Shown: piece after piece, positions 39,090-54,411 of the stretch
Numbering within the stretch: the stretch's first letter is position 1
Layout of the letters: the number at the start of each line of letters is the position of its first letter
Source: the human T2T-CHM13v2.0 reference genome, Homo sapiens
Length of the DNA stretch: 64,000 nt
Direction: 5' to 3' (one strand)
Assembly: GCF_009914755.1 (NCBI RefSeq)
Contig: NC_060927.1
Made by a program: the position numbers and the translations under genes
Notes under the pieces: generated by a model
The model's database searches: none
The model's input: the letters and a program-made list of their open reading frames with translations, nothing else
Told to the model about the DNA's origin: nothing

Positions 39090-39461
39090 TTATCTGAAGA
39101 CTATTCAAATAGTCTCCCTTTTCCAACTAATGTATTTGCGTGAAGCTTTTTTTTTTCTTTATATACTTCAACTAAACAACATATTACGGTAGACTGAATG
39201 CTGTAGCAGACATGAAAATCAAACTTTCCTCTTTTGACCCAGATATTAAAAGGTTTATAAAATTTAGGAGATACTGTTTATATTAACCTGTAATAGGTTT
39301 CCTATTCTTTTTAAATGAATTAAATTTTTTAAAACTCTTAGTTTAAATGAATAACATGATAAATATAGATAGCTGTTATTCCTGTAAGTGAAAGTGCTTG
39401 GGGTCCTCAAGATGTAAAAGATCATAAAGGGGTCGTGGGGCCAAAAATTTGAGAACTGCTG
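39090..39461 (+). mobile_element. Charlie1-type hAT transposon 3' fragment (start approximate)
   Basis: gaatgctgtagcagacatgaaaatc...cagatattaaa...aaaggggtcgtggggccaaaaatttgagaactgctg. Confidence 0.6.
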
Positions 39462-42417
39462 TTGTAAACTGTAAGCAGTATGAAGGCAGGGGTCATGTCA
39501 CTATTGTTTAGTACCATATTCTTAGTGCATAACACAGTGCTTGGCACATATAAGTACCTGATAATTTTTTTAATTTGACAGATCAAAATTGTATATTTTT
39601 ATGATATACAGCATGCAGCGTGATGTTTTAATATATGTGGAATAACTAAATCAAGCAAATAAACATATGCATTACCTTATGTATTCCGATAAACAGGTTT
39701 TGAATGAGTAGGTAAAGGAATCAAGCCCTTTTTTATATTCTCTTCAGTTTATAATCTGTTAAAATTTCTGCATCATTTATAATATCCATATCACAGATAC
39801 TATATTTCAGTATATTTAATGTCAGTGTCTATAATATCACTGTATCAAGTATGAGATATCAATATATAATGTATGAAAAAGAACAGAGAAAAAGAGACTA
39901 TAGAAATATTTTTAAATGTTAGCAGTTATCTTTGTAATAGACTTCTCAGTGAATATTATTTTTGTTATATTTTCTGTAGTTTCTGTTTTTTCTGCAGTGC
40001 CTTTCCCCACCTCTGTAAGTAGCCTTTTAGCATAAGAAAATAGAGATCTATTGAACACCTGAGTCACTGGCCTGGAATGTTAAGCTGGTCATACTGGTTA
40101 TGCAGTGTGTCAGCACTGTTAACTATCTGAGAAAACTGAATTTCTTTCCAATAATTTACTATAGTATATTGCATTCTTTAGTAAATGTTTGTAAATATTC
40201 ATGACAGTGTTAGTAGAGAAAGAATGTTTTTACATTTTTTTAGTGTATGGATAATACATACAAAACAATATAAAGAGGTGTTTTCTAAGGTCTCATTCCT
40301 ATACCTATTTACCCTACCCCCATCTACAGATAACCACTTTTATTAATTTATGTCTTGGCACTGTTTCTTTAAGCATAGACAAGAAAACACACACACACAC
40401 ACACTCAGGTGCATTTTAATTTATTTCCCCCCTGTATAAAAGTAATATATACATATACCTTGTTACATATCTTGCCATTTTCTCCTAAAATATACTGGAG
40501 ATCTTTTATTATTGAGATGCAGAGAGCATTCTCAATCTTTTTTATGTCTACGTAGTATTGTAATGCGTGTATATTACATAGTTTGTAATGTCAAAAGATT
40601 TTAATAAACCAATAATGCTGTAATGAATTGCCTGGTATATATGCTCTTTTGTATGTATGCAAGTATAATCTGCAGGGTAAATTTTTAAATTTTATCTTGC
40701 TACATCAAACAGTAAATGTATTTATAGTTTTGATAGATATTGCCAAATAATCCTCTGTAAGAATTGTACTATTTTGCACTTCTACCAATAATATATAAAA
40801 ATACCTGTTTCTCCACAACCTCACCAATAGTATGTATATGTATACCACTTGATTATTGCTAATCTGATAGGAATGGCATGTACATATGATTGTAATTTTG
40901 CAATCTTTTGGTGGGTTTCTCCATCTTTTCAAGTGTTTAAAAAGCCATTTTTTCCTGCAAATTGTTATTCTTTTGTCTTTTTATTTATTGGACAAAATTG
41001 TGATGAACCTCTAAACGTTTTATAAGTAGATGTGAAAATATTTTGTTTTGATTCCAGCATGAATTTTATGTGCATTGCTCCATGGTATCCAAATCTGTGG
41101 CCAAAACAGTTTAGTAAGATGAATCATGTATCTCCACTGGTTTATGTTATAAGAAGATTTAGAAAAGCAAAACAATTATGATTGGAGCTCAAATGTTGCT
41201 AAACTTTGTGGTTTTAAGGATATAAGTTCAAGAGAAAAGTCTCTCCAGGTATTCAGTTACAATCAGGCCATATTTCATTTAAACCTTTCTTGAACCCATC
41301 ATTATATCTTTTTAAAAGTCATTTTTGTAATACATCATTGCCATCTTCCAATAATAATTTTTAGGTAGGCTGCTTTTGTTAGTAATCATTGATGGTCTTA
41401 TTTTCTCCCAGGATCTGAATATTTTAACATGTTTCCAGACACTACGAGTAGTTATGATCTTTGGGATTAGGGAAGGGAGAGAGGAATATGATAGAAGAGT
41501 TAACATTTTTTTCCAAATTATAGAGAAGTATATGACTGAGTGGATTATTCAAATAAGGATTGAGTATTTCTAGCATGGTTCTCCCCTTGAGTAGAAAAAT
41601 GTTTTCGTCTTTTATATTGCCTTCAGTTAGTAAGTAGTGGCAATTATTGAGACAAGTAGTGAAAGAATTGTGGGGCTTTATTCTGCTCTGAGGTGGAAAA
41701 AAAATTTTGTGATCAACAAAGCTTGGATAAAATAATGATTTATAAACTAATTTTAGTTGGGGAGGGCCCTTCAAAGCAAAAAGAAATATTAAAAATCTAA
41801 ATATCTAAAAATATTTGTCAAGAATCATAAAATTAAAGGAGATACAGATGTAACATGTGAAGTATAAAAGTTTGATGTCTTCATCATATCAAAGCTTTTG
41901 CTATCTGTCTTATAAATGAGAAAAAGATAAGCTTGTTTTATAATGTTTTATAGGGATTAATCAACTAATATATGCTACATCCTTAGAATAGTGCCTGACA
42001 CAGTAATTACTGTGCATTTGCTGTTATTGTTATTTAAAAAGCTGTATAATTCCTGATAAAAATATTAAAGATGCTAAGCAGTGAAATTATTTCAGTAGAA
42101 AAACAAAGCTGATGCTACTTTGATTTATTTAAACTTAGCATATATTTCTTTTAGAAGTATCCATACCTTTATTATAAGCTTAGTAGTGCTTGAAATGAAA
42201 CTAGAATATATGGAGTCTACACTGTTTGATTCATAGTAGTGTTTAGTTTTTTTTCTTTGTCATTCATTTATCAAATAACTATTTCTTGAATATTTAATAT
42301 GTGCTAGCACTGAGAATATGTAGTTAATAAAAGATGAAAAAAATTGTCTGTGGAGCTTACATTTTAGTGATGAATGGGCAGTACCTGTGATGACAGCTTT
42401 CTTCCTTTTTTAAGAAG

Positions 42418-43380
42418 AGCTTTATTAAAGTATTAATTAGCACACAGTAAACTGCACATATTAAGAATGTAAATTTGATATGTTTTACATGTACTGCGCA
42501 CACACACAAATATACTTGGCAAATATCACCACGATCAAAATATTGTACATATCCGTCATTTCCAAAAGTCCTAGTGTCCCTTTGTAATCTCCCCCCTCTA
42601 GTCCTTTACCAGCTTCTCTTTCATATCCTTGGGAAACTAACCACTGATCTGCTTTCTGTCATGTATTAGTTTACATATTCTCAAATTTTACACAAATTTT
42701 ATACAATATGTTCTCTCTCTTGGTCTTTCTTCTTTCACTCTACATAGTGATTTTGAGATTCATTCATGTTGTGTTGATCAGTAGTTCATTCCCTTTACGT
42801 AGCTATAATATACTGCATTTTGTTTATATATTTATCTGTTGATGCACATTTTTGTTTCCAGTTTGGGACTATTACAAACAAAGTTGCTATGAACATTTAT
42901 ATACAAGTCTCTGTGTAAATATATGCTTTCATTTTTCTTGGGTAAACACCTAGGAGTAGAATGAATGGATCATATGGTAAGTATGTGTTTAACTTTCTAA
43001 GAAAATGCCAAACTGTGATCCTAAATGGTTTTACCATTTATGTTCCTATGAGCCAAGTGAGTTGCTTCATACCCTTACCAACACTTATGGTCAGACATTA
43101 AAAATTTTAGATATTCTAATAGTTGTGTGGTTGTGTTTTATTTAGGTTTAAATCTGCAGTTTTCCTAGTTACTAATATGTAGAACATTTTTTCATTTGCT
43201 GGTTTGTCATCAGTTTATATTCTTTGGTGAAATATCTGTTCAGATTTTTCATTTTTTATTGGATCGTTTTCTTATTGAAGAGTTTTGAGAGTTCTTTATA
43301 TATTTTAGATACAAGTCCTTTGTCAGCTATATAATTAGATATTTTCTCCCATTCTTTTGCTTGTCATTCTCTTTAACAGT
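42418..43380 (-). mobile_element. L1M (L1MB/MC-type) 3' fragment
   Basis: agctttattaaagt...aaccactgatctgctttctgtc...ttccagtttgggactattacaaacaaagttgctatgaacatt...agttctttatatattttagatacaagtcctttgtcag. Confidence 0.8.
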
Positions 43381-43382
43381 GA

Positions 43383-43671
<289 letters not shown>

Positions 43672-46600
43672 AACAGTGACTTTTGAGAAAATCTTAATTT
43701 TGATGATGTTCAGATTATATGATAACAATGTAGTGCCATGCTTTTATCTCTGGAATGGGGGCGTGGAGGATCTATTTTTCTTAGTTGTCATTTTATTTAA
43801 TCAAGACTTGATTGATTCATGAGTAAACAGAAATAAGGAACCATTGAAGTTTAATGTGGTAAGCCAAGCACAATGAAATTGCCTCGCAATTTCAGAGCAC
43901 CTGGTAGCTTTCTATATAAAAGCACGATGTTTATGTGTTGGGAGCAATTCCTTTGTAAATACAAAAAAGTCTGGACAGAGAGCTGAACTATTATAAATGT
44001 TTAGAACAAAGCAACTAAATTGTTGTCAGAGAATGGACATATTATTTGTGAATTAAATTTTAAATAGCCAGTATCAATCTAATTTAACTTTGAATTTGGC
44101 CATTTAGTGTTGATTTTATTCTGCATAGATGGTTTTGTTGAAGTTCTTTTGATATGTTAAAAATAGAAAATTGGTCTATATATGGACTTTTGAGAGAATA
44201 AAAATTAGGCTAAATTAAGGCTGCCCTAAATGGAGAGTTACCCAAGGTAGGTATCTTCATATTGTGACATGAGCAATGCCAGTGAGACCTCAGTCCCTGC
44301 CTTACTTCCCAGGATTACAGATTAATAATATCTGTTACTACCTATTTACATGAAAATACTAGTGGGGAGACTTATCTCAGGCTATTGATACCCTCCTTAT
44401 ATATTAGCACAGTAATCTTATATCCTAGAATGTCCAGGATTGTCCTGATTTCACATATTTATGTCCTTGTGCCAGTATGTATTTAAGCCCATGTAGCCTG
44501 ACGTTGAGTTGCTGAATAATCATGGTGTTATATTAACTCCTGTGATAGTGTTTCCACTGAAAACATGACTTTCTTTTAGACTTTTATCTCAAATCACCAG
44601 CCTTCACTGGTGCTTAAAGCTCTCTAAGATACTTCTCTAGTACTCTGGAAGTGTCTTAGAACAAATTTGTTGAATACTTAGCACACTTTTGTTTTTGAAT
44701 CTATTCAGATGCCTTAAATAAAATGAAATTAGAATTAAAATTTTTTGTTAAAGTAAAATTTTCATTTAGAAACATCTTAAGTTTGAAGACATGTTAGAAT
44801 GAATTAATTTAAATGTTTTTAAAGAGGCCATTGGTTAAAAAAAGACCATAACTCTTTAAAATGCTACAGTTTTCAAATAAGTTAGAAATACTAGATTAAA
44901 TTCAACATACATTTTGGTTTAGAAAGATTTAAAATGCCAAAAATTAAGAAATTTTTTAAAATAATTGAATAAATGGAAAAACATTCAAAAGGATTTGTTT
45001 CGGGCAAAGTAGTCATGACCACGGTTTATTCTTGATTGAGTTGACCTTATCTGAAGCCACCAAATTATTCCATTTTCTCTTATGAGAATGGGTATCTTTA
45101 ACCCAGTTTGCCTTGGCAACCTGTCAGATAACTTTCCACAGTTACCAAGCTACCATAGTTCAAATTCCTGTTCCTAGGCATGATAATAGACACAGTTACC
45201 TCTCTCTTTCCCCACAGACATGTTTTCACCACTGGCTAACTCTGGTTGTGGCATGATTCCAAATTTATTTTGCTGATTTCTTAGAACATATTTTCAAACC
45301 AAGATGTTCATCCACTTAGGTTTTTGTATAATAACATCCCATTATTTGATTTATTGGTATATGTTAATTGGGAATGTGTTCGGGGCAAGCAGTTAGCCAG
45401 TTGGTAACTCCATCTTTTTAAATACATATATCACTTGCTACTTGGGAATCTTATTCTGAGAAATAAGCCCCACAATGACATATGTTTATTCTTGGGCATG
45501 TAAATTAAAATGTTAATCTTCAAATTCAGACTAAACAGCATTTTATTATTGAAAAATTAGTAAGACCCACTGTTTTAGGTGAGGGGACCTATCTGGAGTG
45601 GTACTTTAGTTTCAGTCATTGATACTGCTTTACAAATATTTTTCAAAACGCATTAGGCCTGTTAAAATCATTTTCGTATTTACTAATGTGTCACAACTTA
45701 CTTTCCTTACCTTTGATTAATAGCAAAATACATATGTTACACATTCATATTCAGGATCATTCTTTATGATGAGTTTCCATGACAACCAAACAAAAAACTT
45801 AGAACTTAAAATACATTAAGTTCTTTTAGGTCTACTTCTGGTTTTTCAAGAGATCCAGCTTGAGTTCATTTAACATTTCTATGACTACATAGTTGGTCTG
45901 TTTTTTTCCACAGAGCCAAACTCCATGATGATTTCTTATTGTTCCATTGATTGGGGAATGTAGTTTTTCTTTGTAATTTTAAAAAACAGAATTTGAACTG
46001 CAAGATGAAGGTCACAAGAAGATAGACTAGAATACTCAGTGTAAAGATGATGTTTCCAATAATTAGGTTTGTCTCATAGTGGGGCTGATACCTTGCAAAG
46101 TAATACTGACATTGTGTATTGGACTTAGCTGTTGTCTGTTCTTGTAGGTTATAGGAAGCATTTCTGCATTGGGAATAAAGTTAAGTTTTAAGGCCTCTTC
46201 CAGTTCTACATCTTGACTCCTTTTTTTCCCCTGGGAAAATAATATAGATAGTAAATTGAAAAGTAACATTGGTATTACTTGAGACCAATGTTCTACATAG
46301 ATATCTTCATGTGATTCTTAGTGTAACATTTAACTATACAGTTGATTAATTAGCTAATGGGTTATTATAAAAGCACACACAGTAGAGTAACCAACACTAT
46401 TCTGTAGATGTTTTTGAATTTCATTTTAAGAACTGTTGCCAATCCACATAACATTGAATTTAAAAAACAGTAAACAAAAATTACTTCAAATTTTTTTTGC
46501 TTTAAGAACAAGATTTTCTTCTTGAAAATGTGAATTAAACATTGTCTTATGGTTGCTTTACAATTATGACTGTTTGACAGCTCACATAGATACTAGAAGC

Positions 46601-47149
46601 TTAAAATGCACTTTGAATGATATCTTTACAGTAGCTTTAACCACAATGAATATTAGATGAGATATAAAACTTGCTATTGGTGGAATATTTCTTATATATA
46701 AGTAACTTTAGAAGAATGAGATTCGTTAAAGGCCTTTAAAAGGAAATGCTTAGCTTTATGACGATTCCTAGTTTAAATTCATTGGCACTTTACGGAAGGT
46801 AATAATCTCAATTTCAGATGTTTGGTGGGCAGTAATTCTTTAGACTATCAATCCTGTTTATGAAAAGAAATGGCATGTAAATGTATTTGTTTGAAACCTT
46901 TCAAATGCCTTATTATTGATATATATGTTCCCATGGAAACCACAAATACCTTTTTAGAAAAATGATGTAAAATAGTAGCTTTACTTTTAAGTAGAACCTG
47001 AGAAATTGCAGACGATATTTAAGAAAAGGTAGTTACAAAGTTGAATAATTTTACTATGGTTATTTCCCATTGAGATATGAACTGCATGTATGATTGTTAA
47101 ACCATGTGTGCATGTTCACACACAAACACACACACACAAATTAATTGTA

Positions 47150-47505
47150 CCAGAACATAAAAGCATAAAACATAAAGTGATAAGTCAGACTTCATTAAAA
47201 ACAATAGGTCTTTGAAAGACACCATTAAGAAAGCAAAGGCAAACCACAGACGCAAACAAAATTTGCAACAGCTGTATCAGACAAAAGACTTGCTTCCAGA
47301 ATATATGAAGAAGTCTTACAACTCAATAGGAAGACAACCCAGTTTTTTAAAATGAGCATATTTATTTAGACTTTTTGTCAAAATGTACTAATGGCCAATA
47401 AGCACATGAAAAGATACTCAACATTACTAGTCAACAGGTAAATACAAGTTAAACCACAATGAATTGCCACTGCACATCCATTAGATTTGCTGACATTAAG
47501 ACTGA
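47150..47505 (+). mobile_element. Old L1 ORF2-end fragment
   Basis: gacaccattaagaaagcaaaggcaaaccacagac...ggccaataagcacatgaaaagatactcaacattactagtc. Confidence 0.7.
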
Positions 47506-49160
47506 CTGAATTAATTATTGATATTACAATTAATAGCTTCCAGTTTATCTTTTGTAAGTCTATTTTTATATTTGCTTAGTTTACATAACAATTTATACTT
47601 AATTTTATTATTTTCTATTTTTGCTCTAGTAGATTTATATTTTATTGTTTTCTATTCTTATGTCCCAAAATACTGCATGTAATTATAAGTCCAAACACCA
47701 ATATTGTCCTGAGGGAATATTCCTTTACTTCCACTCCCATTATAGTTCTTGTATACAGAGATTTATAATGAATATGGTTTTTGGCTCACAAAAAGTGACT
47801 CAAGTTTGTAGTTTTATTTTAAAGTCCTCTGCAACTGAGTAATCCTATCCTTAATGGTAATTTTCCGTAATGAACTAACTGGAATTAATTAAGTAATCCA
47901 CTATATAGTTTTTTTTGTTTGTTTTTTATTTTATTTTATTTTTTTAAGTGAGGAATGTGATATTATGAGTTACCTAACTTGACAAGGGAGAGAGTTGTCA
48001 GGGCAGCACATGGCAAGTGTGAGTCATTGACCTGGAGTTGAAAACACCATTTGAGGTCTCAAAGCTCAGTCTTCTACTCAAGGCGAAATTTCCTCCAACA
48101 TCATTCCTAAAATGTCATCATCTAGCTTTCAGCTTAAAACACTTCGATTAACAATTTTACTACCTCACAAGACATTATATTTCTTTTTTGGTAAGCCAAA
48201 TTGCTAGCAAATTAGAAATCTACCTTCCTTTCAACTTAATTAGCCCTGATTATGATCTCTGTAATTTTTAAAAATCTCTTAAGCATTTTAAGCTACATTT
48301 ATTAAGAACATAAATTTTTTAACCCATTTTTTATACATACCTTAAATGCTTGCAACAATCCTTCAGGAATTGTTTGATAGCCTTTCAAATATTTAAAGTT
48401 CTCTGACTTGCTCTCACTGTTTTCTTTAAACCAGCTTGAGTACTCCCATTGTTTTTAACCATTCCTTATATAATGTAGTTTATCTCCGCTCACTGGTCCC
48501 TCTATTTCATTGAACTCTAATATTCCTTATGAAATATGTTGTTTGGAACAAAACAGAATACTCCATGGTGGTAAGTGCCAAATGAATTTATAACCTTCTC
48601 TTTTCTAATCCCTGTACTTCTGTTAAAATTGTCTGCTTCCATTTCTGCATGTACGTATATATATTTCACAGCTAGCTACCTTCTTAATATCTTAAAATCC
48701 CTGTCAATTCAGACATCTTCCATACAGATATATTCATTTTGTTAACCCAATTGTGTTTCTCTCCCTTAAATTTAACCTTTCTTTTAGATTAATGTTCCTT
48801 TATTGCCAGTTTTTTTTTACAGTCAAGATTCATAAATTTTGATGTTTCTAGTGCCCTGAACTGATGTGAAAAATGGGAAACCAAAGTGATAAGACTCAAA
48901 ACAATAGTAAAAGGAAATAGCCAAACCCAGTTGGATTGGATTATCAAAATCAGTTATAAGACAGTATCTTGCTATTTTTACCGATATTTCATATCAACTC
49001 TTTTTTACATGATTTTTTTTAACTTTATGTATTTTTCACACTGTATAGATTTTTTTTCTTTTTGCAACCAAAGTGATGATCATATATTTTCCAATTTTAA
49101 AAATTATTTCTGATGGAAAAATTGGAACTAATGGGAGAATAAAATAGAATGGAGTTTAGG

Positions 49161-49506
<346 letters not shown>

Positions 49507-49890
49507 CTAGTAATCTTGAAAGTAAGAATAAGTGTGAGGATATGGAGTAAAAGTAGAGTAGGGAGAAATGTTAGATATATGTGAGCTTCTGAAGCTTTTC
49601 AAACACAACCTGGAGACATAAGGCATATTATACTAATGAGGTAATTAGAGTTTCAAACAGAAATTGCTCTCTCAGGGTTAGTCTGGCACCACATCCACCT
49701 TGTTTCTGGTGGTTAAATGCTGCCACTTGGCCTTTGTCACCACAAAGTACCATTTATTTAATTTAGCCCACTGCCATGGTTGGGCCTACAGAGAATAGCC
49801 ACCAGTGAGTTCTCAAGGATGCCAGATCTCCCCTCATGAATATATTTCACACAGAATTGGTAAAGGGAAGGTTCTCAAGACCTTCTGGAG

Positions 49891-50201
49891 CAGGGGTCCC
49901 CAACCCCCACGTCACAGACCAGTATTGGTCTGTGGCTTGTTAGGAACCAGGCCACACAGCAGCAGGTGAGCAGCAGGGGAGTCAGCATTACCGCCTAAGC
50001 TCCACCTCCTGTCAGATCAGCAGTGGCATTAGATTCTCATAGGAGCACAAACTCTGCTGTGAACTGCGCATGCAAGGGATCTAGGTTGCATGCTCCTTGT
50101 GGAACAGTTTCATCCCAAAACCATCCCCTGTACCCTGCTCCATGGAAAAAATCGTCTTCCATGAAAGCCATCCCTCGTTCCAAAAAGATTGGTGACTACT
50201 G
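49891..50201 (+). mobile_element. MER1B (hAT-Charlie) with an 8-bp TSD
   Basis: caggggtccccaacccc...aaaaagattggtgactactg; TSD ttctggag/ttctgggg at 49883-49890 and 50202-50209. Confidence 0.85.
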
Positions 50202-50689
50202 TTCTGGGGGACAAAGTTAACAGGTGATTAAACAGATCTTACATAAGAGAAATCCACCTTAGCATTTTATCTCCTTAAGCATTTGGATTGTTTCTTCTAC
50301 AGTATATCAAGGAAGTTCTAGAATTTCACCTTCATTTAGTGTAGTCCACCTTTGGGCCTGGATTTCCGTCAGCCAGCCAACCTGTTACAGCCACTACCAG
50401 CCACTCTAATACATTGAATCGAGAATCGCAACTTAGCAGATCTGTATACACACATTTTAAGTCAACATTATGATCCTTCCATTCTGATCCCAACCCCTTA
50501 GGATCCCTTTCCTTGTAGATTCTTAAGGTTTATATCTCTAATTTGGCAATATCTTTGCAGGGTTTTCTTGGGGGGTGGGTCACGCTTTGTGATTTAACCT
50601 CTGGGTTACATAGACCTTGAAAATTAAACACTGCCTTTAAAAAAAAATCTCAGTCATAGTTAAAAGGAAATAGTTGGCACTTATATCAT

Positions 50690-51039
50690 TGATATGGTTT
50701 GGCAGTGTCCCCACCCAAATCTCATCTTGAGTTGTAGTTCCCATAATCCCCACATCATGGGAAGGACCTGGTGGGAGGTAACTGAATCATGGGGGCAGGT
50801 TTCCCCATGCTGCTGTTCTTGTGGTAGTAAGTTCTCATGAGACCTGATGGTGTTATAAGGGGCTTTTCCCCCTTTTGCTAATGTGAAGAAGGATGTGTTT
50901 GCTTCCCTTTCTGCCATGATTATAAGTTTCTCGAGACCTCACCAGCCATGTGGAACTGTGAGTCAATTAAACCTCTTTCCTTTATAAATTACGCAGTCTC
51001 AGGCAGTCCTTTATAGCAGTGTGAGAATGGACTAATGCA
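50690..51039 (+). mobile_element. THE1-family MaLR solo LTR
   Basis: tgatatggtttggc...ccacccaaatctcatcttg...caattaaacctctttcctttataaattac...ggactaatgca; TSD atcat/atcaa. Confidence 0.9.
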
Positions 51040-51344
51040 ATCAAACTGCCTAGAAGTCTCAGATAAATTCACCAATTCATTATATATATAATTTTGTATA
51101 CAGAACCACAGCCAACAGTGTTGTTAAACTTTCCCCTACCATATAATAAGGATTCCCTTTCTCTCAGCTTCCATTAATATTTTCCTGATCTTCCTTTAAG
51201 CTTTTACCAACAGCCTCCTTGAAAGCCATCAAGCTTCTTCTGTTAGCTGTCTCTTCAAGGCCCTTCCAACATCTGCCCGTAGCCTGGCCTTAAAGCTATT
51301 GCCACATGTTTTAGGTTTTGTTATAACAGCACTCTACTTCCAGG

Positions 51345-51915
51345 TGTAAAAATCTTTTGGCTTTCTATTGCTGTATAGCAACCTAAATTTAGTGGCTTTA
51401 ATGAACAGCAGCCATTCTATTACTCTCTCTTATGATTCTGAAGTTGACAGGGTACTTTATGAGAAGCCCTGGGCAGCTTAGGGTTTCTCACAAAGTTACA
51501 GTCAGATGGTGGCTGGGGCTGTAGTCATCTGAATGCTCACTCACTTGTTTGGTTCCTGGGATAACAAAACACAAACAGATGGGGGCTGGAACAGTTTACA
51601 CTACCACTGCCCAAGGATCTCTTTCTTCATAGTGTTTCTACATGGTCTCTCCAGCATGGTAGCTTCCTACTAGCTAGACTTCTTACATGGTAGCTCAGGA
51701 CTCCTGAGGTGCATGTTCCCAGAGAGAGAGGCAAGTGAAAGCTGTGTTACCATAAGATCACTTCCACCATACTTCAATAGTTGAAGCAACTACAAAGGCC
51801 CACTCATAAGGCAAGGTTATGTAAACTCCAGTTCTTAATGGGGGAGTGGCAGTATTCTGGAAAGTCTGTGTGACTAGAAATAATGCTGTAGCAGTTTTTG
51901 GAAAATACAATCTTT
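51345..51915 (-). mobile_element. MLT1-family LTR, probably with adjacent internal sequence upstream
   Basis: aaatttagtggcttta...cagtcagatggtggctggggctgtagtcatctgaa...acttcttacatggtagctcagg; preceded by an MLT-int-like junction. Confidence 0.65.
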
Positions 51916-52904
51916 GCTCTCTGTGTGTTGTCATATATCCAGAATGTTTTGAAACATGAAAATAAAAAACTAAAATGCTGGGTAAATATCAATAGAGGTC
52001 AGCAAATCTTTGCAAGGTTTGTAATGTCACTTTATAATTCATTTACCTTATATTTGCATTGGATTGTTATATGTCATTGGATGGTCATAACATCTGCTGA
52101 CCAATGAAAGACTGAAAGTAAAATTTTAATGCTAATAGGAAAGAATTAATTAAGGAAGGCTATGAGAGGGAAGATTCATTTTATAGGTGGTTAATACATT
52201 AATATTTTTATGTCACAATGATTTTTTTTCTTTATGCATTGTCATGACTGCAGTTACTTGGATAAATAATATTTGGAGAAAGAGGATTTCCTAATTTTTA
52301 TATATGGATAGATCAGATCTATAAAGTAAATGCAGAATTCAGAATCAAGAAAAGATTTCCCAGTGACAAGGTGAAACAAGTAACAGCTGGGAATACTGTC
52401 AAAGTAAATCTGAAAAAAAAAAAAAAAGTCAAATAAGAAACAAGAATTACTATTTGTGATACCAAAAGGAAACTTAAGTACAAAAGAAAAGTACCAAATG
52501 TGCGAAGTATTTGTATTTCATAATTGATATATTGACAATCAAATGTTTGTGAAATTTTTAACTAGAATTAAGATTTGAAAGTTAGCAAAATGCCATAGTT
52601 TTAAGAGCCAGTTTTTGTAAATCTTTACCTTGTATCCATTTGTCATCTTTTAAAAGTCTGGTTACCAAGATATATCATTTATATCAAATTTAAATGTTTA
52701 ATTTACTCAAATATAATTATATTTGTTAAATATTTAGAGGCTTCACGTTGAAGCTGTCTCCCATGTGGAATCTTTCAACTTTATTTCTCTCAACTGTAGA
52801 CTATCATGTCCTGCCCTGGTTTTGCATAGTCAGCCTTCAAAGGGGGTTTCTTTCCTCATATTACTACCATTAGCAAATACTGTGACTGAAATATATTACC
52901 ATAT

Positions 52905-53325
52905 GTTATATATTTCCACACTGCCTTAACAAAGTACCAAAAACTGGGTGACTTAAAACAACAGAAATTTATTGTCTCACAATTCTGGAGGCAGAAATCC
53001 CAAATCAAGGTGTTGGCAAGGTGTCCAAGGTCCTGGGGGGAAATCTTTTCCATGCCTCTCTTCTAGCTTCCGTTGGTTGCTGGGAATCCTTGGCATTCCC
53101 TGGCTTATAATCTTTACATGGTGTTCTTCCTCTCTATAACTACATTTTCTTTTTCTTACAAGAACACCAATCGTTGGACTAGGGTCCACCCAAATCAGCA
53201 TGACCTCATTTTAACTTGATGACATTGGCAAAAATTCCCTGTTTCTAAATAAGGCCACATTCACAGGTACCCAGGATTAGAATTTAGACATAACTTTTTT
53301 GAGGACACAGTTCAACACACACCAC
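52905..53325 (-). mobile_element. MLT1 (B/C/D-like) solo LTR
   Basis: aacaaagtaccaaaaactgggtgacttaaaacaacagaaatttattgtctcacaattctggaggc...ggacacagttcaac. Confidence 0.85.
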
Positions 53326-53350
53326 CATGTAACTCAGGCACTAGACTTAA

Positions 53351-53777
<427 letters not shown>

Positions 53778-54411
53778 AGATTTTTTTTTAAAGCATTCTT
53801 TTTGCTGTCCACATTATGGTACCTGAACTGATGAAATTCTTCAGCCAAAAGTTGTTCACATGACATGTTAGATCTTTACTACTTAGAGAATGAGATGGAT
53901 TTCTTCAAAATGACTTTCCTGAAAGAACCAGAATATGTATGAGTAGAGAAAATCTTTTAAGGAAATGTAAGGAGAAGATTGAAACTGCCCCATACTGCCG
54001 GAGTACGGTATGGAATTGACAGACTAGCCATTGACAAAGCACAAAGGAAGTCTTTTTAGTTCTGATTTTCCCAGAGGGCAAACTTGGATGTTCACCCTGC
54101 CTGTAAAACTTAAAAAGCCGTCACAGATAAGTAACTTGGCTACTTTGCATGAGCATCACTATTCCATAAGCTTATATTAGTTGCACAATGGGAGGCTATA
54201 GTTATAGAATAATGAATTAGTAATTATTAAGATACTCTACTTCAAGAATAATATTTGGGAAATTGCCTGGTCTGAATTGTAGCCAAATATGAATAAAATA
54301 AGTAAAAGAGAGATAGCTGAATTCCAGCTGTAATTCAGAAACCAGTAACCTAAACTCATTCTTCAAAAAAGTTTTCCTGAGCTGCTAAATGTGGCAAAAT
54401 TAGGTGCTTCT

